DNA of 64,000 bases from Raillietiella orientalis (taxonomy: Eukaryota), in assembly GCA_036172245.1 (NCBI GenBank), contig JAYWIR010000049.1, positions 1 to 64,000 of the forward strand, in the 5' to 3' direction. The notes below the pieces were generated by a model that saw only the letters and a program-made list of their open reading frames with translations, was not told the DNA's origin and searched no databases. Each line of letters starts with the position of its first letter. Position 1 is the first letter of the stretch. Of this stretch, positions 35,321 through 46,767 are shown in pieces. Position numbers and translations under genes: made by a program.

Positions 35321-38029
35321 ACACGCGTAGTCAAGCGCTACTTCTCCTCGTTGTACGCGGAGGAGCCCACGGAACGCAGTCTCTCCGAGCTGCTTCTTCC
35401 GACGGGTAACCCTGCTATCGACGAAGAGGAACGCGCTAGATTGGAATGGCCCTTCACGGCGGAAGAAGTATCTTCTGTCATAGCAGGCCTGAAGAGGCGT
35501 AAGGCGCGTGGGGAGGTTGGCCTGCCCGCGGAGTTCTTTCAGTGCTTCGCGGCGGAGCTCGTCTTCCTGGTGCTAAGCCTTTCCTCGCTGATGCGTGATA
35601 CGGGTGATGTCCCTGTTTCTTTCCGCTCAGCAAAGGTACGGCTCCTGCCGAAAGGCGGGGATTTGCGGCACCTCAGCAACTGGCGTCCGATCACATTGGT
35701 GAATTCGGACGTCAAGTTCTTCTCCAGGCTATGGGTCGCACGCCTGGGTAGATTCGCAGAGTGCTTGGCAAGTCCGGAGCAGACGTATGCTGTTCAGGGG
35801 CGGTCCATGGACGCAAATCTCTTCTTCGGGCGAACATGCTTCGAGCTGCAGCAGCGCGTAGCGCAGCAGAACCAGGCAGCCGAAATCGCCGCTGCCAAAG
35901 GTAAGCGGCGGTGTTGAAGGCACGATGGAACGCCGTGAGCCTTAGCGGTCGCCGTCGATCTCTGCAAAGCGTTCGACAGCGTAAACCAGGACCTCCTTCT
36001 GGATCTTCTGGGACGCCTAGGCCTCCCGACGCACCTCATCGCCTACTTGCGCTCATGCTGGCACCACGCGTTATGCTGTATATCTTTCACCTGGCGCCAC
36101 GTGTACGGCATTCCCATACGCAGGGGTATCAGGCAGGGAGACAGCTTAAGCCCCCTGCTCTTCAGCATCTTCTTTGAGTTGGTGCTGAGGGCGCCCAGGC
36201 TAACGCTGGCCAACCTGCCGAGCTCCTGCCCGGGAACACCGGCCGTGGCCGCCTTTGCTGACGACCTTCTCCTGCTACTGCCCATGCCCACCCCGGCGTC
36301 CAGGCTCGAGGACTTCTTCGAGCTCATTCTTCGGGGAGCATGCCTGAGCGTTAACAGGACGAAAGCAACCGTTGTACCGGTTGGCTCTACGTTGGAGGGG
36401 CAGTCCAACTGGATCCGCCTGGGGATCCCCATGGGCAGGTGCTTGAAGTACCTCGGCGTTCCCTTGAGCGCCTTCTGTTCAGCAGAAGCGTGGTCGCACT
36501 GCCTTCACAAGCACGAGACTGCTGTGGGCCCGTTCCAAGGCGGCAGGTTTCTCCTGTCGGAACGGGCCTTCGTGTGGAACATTTTCGTTGCCCCCCTCCT
36601 CCGTCCCCTCTTTTTTGTTTGTCCCCCTCCCTACTCGGCTAAGCGCCTAGTGCAACGCCTGTTGCGTAACGCCCTGTGGGGATCGACGAGGTCCAGGATA
36701 CGCCTGAAGAAGTTGGCGGCTCCTCGGCGGGATGCAGCTTCGGGCATCCTGACGCTAGAGCGGATCGGACTGCTAGTGCAGTTCCGCATGCTGGCACTTT
36801 GTGCGCAGCTCTGGACTACTCCCTGGTGTGCTCCAGCGCGGCTGCTGCTGCGGCGCTGCACGGGTGGCGACGGACTACGTTCGTTGCATCTGCGCACGGT
36901 GCGCGCCCAGAGAGGATACGGCTTTCCTTTGCAGCAGCTCGCCACGCTTCTAGGAAAGCATAAGTGGATCTCCTGCCAACCGACGAACTTCAACGCCTGG
37001 AGGCAGGAAGCCTTATCGTCCTGGGCAGCGCAACAGGATGTGTCCCGTTTGGAACTCCGTTGCGCGAACCTTTTCCCATACTGTCCAGTGAGGGAGGTGC
37101 TTGAAGACCAGGACCAGTGGACACGCCTAGCCGCTACGCCCCTCGCCGAAGCACTGTCTGCCCTGATGGTGCGAGATGACAGTGACCTGCCGGCGAGGTG
37201 GGAAATCACTTGCGAAATCGCAGGCGAAACCCGACTGCTGGGCGTTTGGCGGACTTGCGAAGTGGCAGACGCTGCCACACCTCGCATTCTTGCAAAGGGG
37301 CTTCTCCGGTGGAGTGAGCTCCTCGGGGTGCCCATTGATGAACTTGTGGTGCCTTCTGCGTGTTTATACGCAACTCTCTTCCCCCTTCGGTGGAAGCAGG
37401 ACGCTTCTCTGCTGGTGCATTGGGGTTTGCACTGCAACCAGCGGGCGCACCTGGTTTACGGAGGAGTTGCGTCCCCGAACTGTGCTAAATGCAAAGCGTT
37501 GGAAACGCTACCGCATTTCTTGTTTGAGTGCGGTGCCCTCCAGGAGCCGCGGCAGCGGCTGTCTTCAGCGCTCATGCATCCTGGACACACCTCACTAGAT
37601 TGGATGCTCCGCTTCTACACTCGTGGTGGACTTTCTCTTGGAGCGGTCGTTGCAATCATCTGCTGCGTCCGCGCCATTGTCAGGGCGCGCCACGTATTGC
37701 AGATGCGAGCAGTCCCAACATCGGTCCCCGACACCGCAGCCTGCAGCCTGCAAATGGCTGCCGGGTGGCCACATCTTGGGCAGAAGTGAGGACGGAGATA
37801 GGCGGCTTTCACCGCCAGTACTGAGAATAGGAACGGTTAGACTGTAAACCCCTGTCCCCGCCCTCGCACTTGATCTATTTATTAATGGTGGCCCCCTCTC
37901 CCGTTCCGAACTGTCAGTGTGCCCGGACTGCGTGCCGGGAATTCTACTCCCCATTTTCTGTTCCCCTTGCCTGGGAACACAGTTCCCTGTTGATATTATA
38001 ATAAACGTCCCGGTGCAACCGAATAATAA
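35321..38029 (+). mobile_element. Element H, 3' segment: RT (FADD in this copy), CCHC and 3' UTR ending aataataa
   Basis: ORF 36047-37789; followed by TSD acgacaacgctgca at 38030-38043. Confidence 0.92.
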
Positions 38030-39218
38030 ACGACAACGCTGCATTCCTTAATTTGCTCGCTTGCCTGCTGTTTTTTCTGGTGGTACGAGAGCTTTTTATC
38101 CATCCTCATCTCCTTCTTTGATTTTTTGGCCGTAGGCACCTGCCACCCAGGCTCCTGGCTTGTTCCTTCGACTTGTTCGGCGTTGCTCGCCGAGGTCTCG
38201 GGCGCGGCCTGGGCCTTGGGCGCGGGTGGCACAGCCTTCAAAGCAGCTTTCGCCGCCAGCCTTTTCTGCAGAAGCCGGGCACGTTTTTTAAGGCTTCTCT
38301 TGGAAAACACCCGCACTGCTGCTTTAGGGCACACCTCCCTCTTGTGGCCCATGATTCCGCATACTTGGCACTGCACGTTGGTACACCTCTTTTTGAGGTG
38401 GCCCGACGTATTGCAGAAGCCACAGTATTTCGGCTTCCCCACATACCAGAGGTCGACGGTTTCGCCTTCGACCTTCAGTTTGTGGGGAAGAGTGCATCCC
38501 TATCAAACCGTCAAGCGCGCACACGTGAGGCCGTGTTGCAGCCCCGTGTAGTCCTCGAAAGGACTAACTTTCGTCCACTGCGCGTGGACCGTTCCGTATT
38601 CCTTCAACGCGGCGCGAACCTGTTCCTTGCGCATCCGCGCGGTAACACCTAGCTGGTGGACCACCATGCTGCGGTCCGCCGTAATAGGGAGGAGCCTGCG
38701 CGTCTCCAGCACCACGGGGGTTTTAAGCAGTCGTTGTGCCAGCTCTGCTTGTTTGCAGATGACCTCAACGTACTGACCCCCGCTGCGGATGGTCATAGCG
38801 CTCAGCTCCTCCTCTTTAACATCGAGAGCACGCATGCCCTTCGAGAAGGCGCGCGCGCTCTCTAAAGAATATAAATTGCCTACCTTGTAGAACAATGAGG
38901 GGTAATACCCCTCCTCTACATAGGCCGACAATTCCGCCGCGGCTGCAGGCGATGGCGCCGACACAACGGCGCTCCACGCCCGCGCTGCAGCGGGGACCGA
39001 TTTTGTGGAGGCGCAAGCCCCCACCTCCATCGCCTTCGAGGTGGACGTTGCCGCCGCCCCCCGGCTTTCCATCGCCAGTAAGGGAGGCGTTGCTGCTGCC
39101 CCCGGGCCATTCCTGGTGGTCGCGTCAGGTATCGTTGCCTTAGCGACCACCGAACCACACGACGCTTGCACTGGGGGAGACTTCCTGGCACGAGGAGCAC
39201 CGAGAAAACACGTCCACC
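38030..39218 (-). mobile_element. Element A2, 5' segment: 5' end plus ORF1 N-terminus; continues at 18964
   Basis: GTGGACGTG start; knuckles; ORF1 reads ..IKECSVV here and continues VERIP at 18964. Confidence 0.9.
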
Positions 39219-39240
39219 CTGGAGCACGCAAGGCGTTCGA

Positions 39241-42200
39241 TTTTCACCCTGATTTCGCCGGCGCGTTTATTGTAAAATAAACTTTTACAAAGACGTGCGG
39301 TTGCTGGAACATTGCTCCAGCTACGCACGAAGAAACACAGAGCCTGCCGGGTCATCGGTTCGCAGACCGGTATGGTCCACCACGGCAGCAGGGGGAAGGG
39401 GGAAAAACAAAAAACAAAACAAAAAAAAAAAGAAAAGTTGAGAGGGTAAGGGAAGGGATCACAGTTGCTGGTGGTGCCGTTGCATCCTTTGCAGGATGCC
39501 GGCAAGCTCCTTCTGTATTCCTGGATCCAGATGGGGCCATCGGGACTCCCTCCTCAGCAACTGGGAGGCTGGCTGGATGGCACCCTGGTCGCGTTGTCCT
39601 CCCGTAGCCTTGCTCCAAGCGGTGACGATCCCGCGTAGGCAGCACAAAGCTGCTAACGAGGCCGCTGGCCGAAGGGCGTCGGCAACGAAGAGGGCTTCCA
39701 GTGCGTCCCTGGGGTTGCCGCAGGGGAAACCGATGGTTGCGGCAAAGCGAAACCAAAGGGGCCGAAGGGCAACACAATTCACTAGCAGTTGGGGGAGGGA
39801 CTCCCGTTCCCCACACCTGACGCAATTGGGGTCCACCGCTCCCCAGGTCCAGTGTTGTCGGCGGGCGTTGCAGGGGAGTCCCCAGTGCTGCAACAGGAGA
39901 GCCGACTCCTGCCATTTTAAGGGGAGGGCGGAAGTGTTCATGAGCACCGGGAGCCACTTCACATGTTCAATGGAAACATCCAGCAGCGCGCCCCAGCGCA
40001 GAAGTCCATTGCGAGGCGTACTCAAGTACTCAGCGTGTGTTAACTGGCCCGTCTTCCACTCTCCTATCTTCTTCTCCTTTCCAGAGATTGTTACTGTAAC
40101 CACCCACTTCGCCGCAACATCGCTGTCCAGGTCTGTCATCAGGGAGTTCAGCGCAGCAGCGAGGGGGGTTCTTCCTGCCCACGCTCGCTTCCTTGGTTCC
40201 TCCAGGATCTCGCGGAGTGTGCAATTTCTGTAACCCCCAAACAGGAACCGTCGTTCCTGTTGGGAGCGTTGCATGCCGAACTGTCCCCACGTCCAAACGG
40301 TTTCCTGCAACCATGCACTACCGTTCAACGGGCGACAGGTAAGCAATCCTGGGTTTTTCCGATACAGCGCAGCCACCCTCCGTAGCTGGAGTCCGTATCA
40401 GTTGACGCAGAGACGGAGTGCAAGAAATGTCGTCAGTCCCGTGTTGCCGGTGGCTTGTTGGAAGAGGAGACGTGCAGGGACGCACCAACAGATGCACCAC
40501 AACTCTGGAAGGAGTGCCGACAAGCGGAACTGGAGCTGAAGCTCCAGCCGCTCCCGCGTCAGGCGGCCCAGACCACCATCCGGACGAGGAGCGCACAAGT
40601 CCTATAAGCGGACTCGGGCCCTCCCGTTGCCTCAAAGGGCGATACGGAGGAGGTCCTTTGTCCGCTTTTTAATTCTCTCTGTGGGGGGGCAAACAAAAAG
40701 CAGTGAGCGGAGGGGAGAAGCCGCGAAGGTGTTCCAAAATGCGGCCCGTTCAGGCAGGAAAAACCTGCCGATTCGGAACGGGCCGATCGCCGTGTCTACT
40801 TTTCGGAGGCAGCCGGACCACGCTTCCGCAGGGGAGTAGTCCCCCAACGGCACACCAAGGTTCTTGAAGTACCTCACCGTGGGGATCCCCAAACGGACCC
40901 AGTCCTGCTGCCCTGTCCACGCCGCACCAACTGGCATCACGGACGACTCCGCCCTGTTCACCGTAAGTCCGGTTCCCCGATGCAGCAGGTCGAAGAACTC
41001 CTCGACCGCCGCACTCGGGATGGACATAGGGAGCAGCAGCAGAAGGTCGTCCGCGTATGCTGAAACGGCCGGCGTACCGGCACAGTCGTGCGGCAGGTGC
41101 GCCAGAGTTCCCCTGTACGCTCTCAGTACCAACTCAAAGTAGGTACTCAAGAGGAAGGGGCTCAGGCTGTCTCCCTGCTGGATCCCACGCCGCACCGGCA
41201 CGCCGTGCACGCTCTGCCCGCTGAAAGTAACATTGTTGAGCGCGTCGCGCCAGCAAGAGCGCAGATAGGCCACTAATAAGGCCGGGAAGCCCAAGCGTTC
41301 AAGAAGCTCCAGAAGGAGATTCTGGTCGACGCAATCGTATGCTTATCGCAAGTCGATTGCGACCGCAAGGGCTCCCTCCCCCAACCGACCATCCAACCCC
41401 TTGCCGGCGCACGCACCGGAATTCCGGCTGCGCACCAAGCTCCTTTCATGTTGGAGCTCTAGCCAGGTGGAAGCGTGGAACAGGTTCGCCTCCATGCTTC
41501 GCCGGGAACAGCATATGTCTGTTCCAGGCTGATGAAGATGTTGGCAACCCGTCCCAGACGCTCTGCCCAAACCTTAGCCACCAACTTGGCGTCCGCATTC
41601 ACTATTGTGATGGGACGCCAGTTGTTCATGCTCCTCAGATCTCCCTTAGGGAGGAGCCGCACCTTTGCAGAACGAAACGAGGCGGGAACGTCACCTGTTT
41701 CGCGTATCAGCAAGGTGAGTTGCTGTACCAGGGGAGTAAGCTCAGCCGCGAAAGTTCGATAAACCTCCGCGGGCAGGCCGTCCTCTCCTGGAGCCTTTCG
41801 CTTCTTGAGCTTTCCGATGGCCGATAGGATCTCGTCCATCGTGAAAGGCTCGTCGAGGGTGTTTCTCTGCTCCTCTCCGATCGCTGGAGCGCCTTCCGGA
41901 AGCAGGAGTCGTGATACGTTCCTCTCCGGAGGTGCCCCGGCATACAGAGAGGAGTAGTAACTCCGCAGCAGGCCGCGGATTTAGGCAGGTGCCGAGTGCT
42001 CCTAACTCTGATCGTCCAGTAAGCTGGCCGATCCGGACTGCCAGGCTTGCCTCTCGGCTCCCGCTTTGTATTCCGCCAGCCTGCGGATGTCGGGGGTCCT
42101 GGCGTAACGACGGGCCTGCAGGTAGGCTCGTTCGTTACGGACCCCGGTCCCAAAACCCGTGGGTAGGCGGTGCAGAGGGAACTGGTCGCAGAACTCCTAG

Positions 42201-43418
42201 AGCGACCGCTTGAAGCGGTCCCAATCCTGGAGTGTCCGCAGACTGAAGCTCCGTATGAACGTGCGGAGTTGTTCCGCCGCGTCCGGGAACTTTAGCCAGT
42301 CCCCTGGGAGACGCCACGCTGACGAGTGGGGGCCCCTTTCGCGCGAATGGATCTCGAGCACTAGCGGGCGATGGTCGGGCAGCTCGCACGGTAACTTGCC
42401 GCGCCTGCTCACGCGAGGGCACAGGTTCTCGTGAAGAAACACGTGGTCAATGCTGTCTTCCATCCCCGGTGCACTGGCCAACAGATTACAGGTGTGCACC
42501 TTCATGCACACCTCGTTGACCAGGTCACGCTCGGGATTCTGCTCAGCTGGTTTCAGGCGAACGTTGAAATCGCCTGCAACCAGATGGGCATTCCGCACGC
42601 CTGCTTCGGTCAGCCAGTCTCGCCGGAGGGCAAGGAAAAACTCTTTCCTCGCCCTCCTGTTCATCAGTTCCTTGCCGCTCGGTGCGCACACGTTCGTGAC
42701 GATCAGATCGATCGAGTCGGACCACCTGAGAGTCAGCTGGCCGACACGACCGTGATCGTCGAACCGCACGCCCCGAGCAGCGGCCTCGACGGTTGGCCGA
42801 AGCAGGTAGGCGACACCGCAACTTTTCGCTCTCCCACACCTGTACCATAGCCGCCCTCCGGAGATACGTTCGATCTCTTGCGCTTGTTCTGCAGAGATCA
42901 CGTCGATCTCCTGCAGCAGCGCAAGGTCGTAGGACTCCAGAAGGGCGGCCATGTCTCGTCTCCTGCCGGCGTCTGTCATGCCGTTCACGTTCCAAACGGC
43001 GATGCGCAGACGACGGCGGAAGGAGATTTCCGGCATTACTGCTGGGAAGATTAAGGTGTGGGGGAGCCCTCCTCTTGCGAGGCGGGCGGGATGTCCATGG
43101 GGGTTTCGGCATTCTCAGGCACCTGAGGAACCTGTTCGGCCTCCACCCCCTCCATACCCTCCGTGTCCGTGCGTGGGAGTCTCTCGGGCGACGGGTCCCG
43201 AGAGTTTCCCACGCTCATGGCACCCTCGCTTGCGGAAGCCATCTCTTCCCCTTCGACGGGGGAGACGAGCTTCCTTGGCTTTGTGGACTTAAGTCCAGCC
43301 TTCTTGCGGGGTGCCGGAGAAACGGAGGCTGCGCTTCCGGCCCCCACCTCGGGGTCGGAAGTGGGGGTCTCCTGAGGGGAGACCGGACGCCTTACGGCCT
43401 TCTTGCCTGCCTTGGAGG
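39241..43418 (-). mobile_element. Element K (family A): ORF1 C-terminus, full disrupted ORF2 and 3' UTR
   Basis: EN ORF 42197-43036; RT QQGDSLSP and YADD; CVRCGERES; 3' part matches 62628-64000. Confidence 0.92.
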
Positions 43419-46400
43419 TTTACACCCGGGTACGCCCGGGGCGTTTATTTTTGAAAAAAAAACAACTCTACATCCGCGGTACAAGGCCCCGCTCACGGCC
43501 ATATGCAGTGGACCTGCCGGGACGCCGGGACGCAGCCCAGCGTAGCGTTCCTCAGCAGCGAAGGGGGATGGGGATAAAACAAAAAGAAAAATAAAAAACA
43601 TAAACAGACAAAAAGAAGTTGGAGGGCAGGGAAGGGATCACTGAACGCTGTGAGGAGGGCCCATCCGTTGAAGGAAGCCCTTGAGGTCCGTCCGTATATT
43701 CCCCAGTTGGGGCCATGCGGCAGCTCTCCGCAAGAAGCGTTGGGCGTATGAGACGACATCCCTCGCGTGTGGACCCACTCCTTCGTTATTGGCGTCGCTC
43801 CATGCCGCCACGATGCCACGGACACAGCACAAGGCTGCGATGGCTGCGGCTGGCTGCAGTGCGTCCTTCACCGAGAGGGGCCGAAGAACGTCTCTGGGGG
43901 TGCTGCCCGTAGGGAGCCCTAGGGTCGCCCCGAACCGTTCCCAGAGGGGTCGGATGGCAGCACAATCCACAATAAGGTGGGGAAGCGACTTCCGCTCCCC
44001 GCCCATGGCACACGCAGGATCCACAGCTCCCCTCGTCCAGTGGAAGCGGCGCGCGTTGCAGGGTAGACCCCAGTGCAACAAAAGCAACGCCGACTCTTGC
44101 CACTTAAGGGGCAGGATCCTGGATTCCTTTAATACCGGGGGCCACTTCAGCACATCCGTAGGGATGGCGAGCAGCTCGCCCCATCTCATTAGTCCACGCG
44201 GCTGGACGCTCGGGGTCGAGGCGTAGGCCAGTTCTCCTGTTGTCCAGCCGCTGATCAACTTCTCCCTGCCTGCTATTTGGCAGGTGACTTGCCACCTCGG
44301 CTTCTGGCAATCCTGAAGCGCCATCAGGAGGTAGGGCATCGCCTTAGCAAGGGGGGTCGTCAACGCCCACCTGCGACTCCGAGGAAATTCCAGTATTTCC
44401 CGCAGGGTGCGGTTGGCGTATGGGCCGATTCGCAGGCAGTTCATGTAGTTTTCGCTCCTCCGGTTCAGCTTAGCCCATGTGCCAGCAGACTCCTCTAACC
44501 AGGCGGAGGAGTTGGCGGGGCCACAAACCATCCAGCCGTTCGTCTTCGCCAAGGTTGCTATGCGTCCGAGCATAAGGCCGCATCTTCGGATCTTCCGGCC
44601 AGGGCACAGAAGAAACGACGCGAGTCCTTCGCATCGGGACACACGCCTGGCGAGGTGGCGGGCCGGAACGCACCAAGGGGTGCTCCACATCTTCGCTGCG
44701 ATGGCGAGGGTTCGCCACCGCAGCTGGATTTCCACGCGCTCCAGCGTCAGGAGGCCAAGGCCGCCGTCCCGACGCGGAGCGCACAAGTCCTGCAGAGGGA
44801 CTCGGGGCCTCCCCTTCCCCCAAAGGACGATGCGGAGGAGGTCCTTCGTCCTCTTCTTGGATTCCACGGTGGGGGGGCAAACAAAAAGCAAGGGGCAAAG
44901 GATGGGGGCCGCGAAGGCGTTCCAAACCGCGGCCCGTTCCGGCAAGTGAAACTTGCCTTCCAGGAACGGGCCGATCGCCGTCTCGACTTTTTGAAGACAG
45001 CTGGACCACGCTTCCGCAGGGGAGTAGTCACCCAACGGCACACCAAGGTCCTTGAGGCACCTCGCCGTGGGGATCCCCAGACGGACCCAGTCCTGCTGCC
45101 CTGCCCACGCCGCACCTACTGGCACCACCGACGACTTCGCCCTGTTGACCTGCAGTCCGGTCCCACGGCTGAGCAGCTCGAAGAAGTCTCCGATCGCCTT
45201 CGCCGGGGAGGACATAGGTAACAGGAGCAGAAGGTCGTCGGCATAGGCTGCTACGGCGGGCGTAAGGGGACACGAGCTAGGCAAGGAGGCCAAAGTCACC
45301 CTGTAGGCTCTCAGCACCAACTCAAAGTAGGTGCTGAAGAGCAGGGGACTCAGGCTATCTCCCTGCCTGATGCCCCGCCGCACCGGCACGCCATGCACCT
45401 TCTGACCGCTGAAAGAGACGGAAATTATCGCATGGCGCCAGCAGGAGCGCAGGTAGTTGATCAAGGAGGGTGGGAAGCCCATGCGACCCAGGAGCTCCAA
45501 CAAAAGCCCCTGGTCTAGACAGTCGAACGCCTTATGGAGATCGACTGCGAGCGCTAAGGCCCCCTTCCCCGCCCGGGAGTCCATTTCCTGCCCTGCTGGC
45601 GGCCCCAAAGTGGGATTGCCGATTTTTCCTTTCCCTTCCTTTTGACACCTCTGCGCGTGCATCCACGTGCTCGCGAAGAAGAGGTTGGCATCCATACTTC
45701 GCCCGGGAACAGCATATGTCTGCTCCGGGCTAATAATGGATTCTGCCACCTGCCCCTGACGCGAAGCCCATAGACCGGCAACCAACTTGGCGTCCGTATT
45801 CACAATCGTGATCGGACGCCAGTTGTTCAAATTCCTAAGGTCTCCCCCTTTCGGAAGGAGCCTATCTCTGGCTGACCGAAACGAGGCGGGAACATCGCCA
45901 TCGTCTCGGATCAGCCTTGTCAGCTGAAGCAGCAGGGGTGCCAGCTCTTCCGCGAATAGAACTCCGCGGGCAAGCCGTCTTCCCCTGGGGCTTTCCGCCT
46001 CTTGAGCCTTTTGATACCGGCGAGAATTTCGCCGGTGGTAAAAGGCTCATCGAGGCTTAACGACTCCTCCTCCCCTATTGCCGGGGCACCATCCGGAAGC
46101 AAGAGCCGAGAGGCATCTTGATCCGGGGGCGCCCTGGCGTAAAGGGAGGAATAACAACTCCGCACGAGATGCCGTACCGACGCCGGGGACGAACATTCCC
46201 GGCCCTGGTCGTCCAGCAAGCTGGCCGACCCGGATTGCCAGGCTTGGCGTTCGGCCCCGGCGCGGTATTCGGCCAAACGACGGACATTAGGGGTTCGCTC
46301 GTACCTACGGGCCTGTAAATACGCCCGATGGTTGCGAGGACCCTCGCCGAATCCGGAGGGCAGGCGGTCCAGGGAGAACTGCTCGCAGAATTCCCGGACT

Positions 46401-46767
46401 GATTCCTTAAAAAGGTCCCAGTCTTGGAGATTCCGGAGCGTGACGCCTCTCAGGTATTCGCGAAGGTGTTCCTTCGCACCTGAGAGTCGCGTCCAGTCCC
46501 CCGGCAGACGCCAGTCTCTGAATGGCGGTCCTTTGTCGCGAGGCCGCATCTCGAAAATTAACCGGGAATGGTCCGACAACGTTGACGCAACCCTCCCCCG
46601 TTTGCCGACCCGTGAACACAGATCAGCGTCGAGGAAGACGTGGTCGATGCTGCGGACCATTCCCCTCTCACCCGCGAACAAGTTGCGCGCACGCATGGCG
46701 GCGCACAACTCGTTCATCGCGTTCACCTGTGTTTCCGGCTCACCTGTTAGCAGGCGGAGATTGAAAT
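43419..46767 (-). mobile_element. Element L (family G), 3' segment with a 730-aa open RT-CCHC frame (43638-45830)
   Basis: DLHKAFD, QGDSLSP, YADD; terminus aataaacgccccgggcgtacccgggtgtaaa; EN split at GDFN. Confidence 0.93.

Noticed and set aside
39385..39460. A-rich runs near element ends read as poly(A) tails
   Set aside because: They are the reverse complement of internal T-rich 3' UTR tracts and lie well inside the true terminus.
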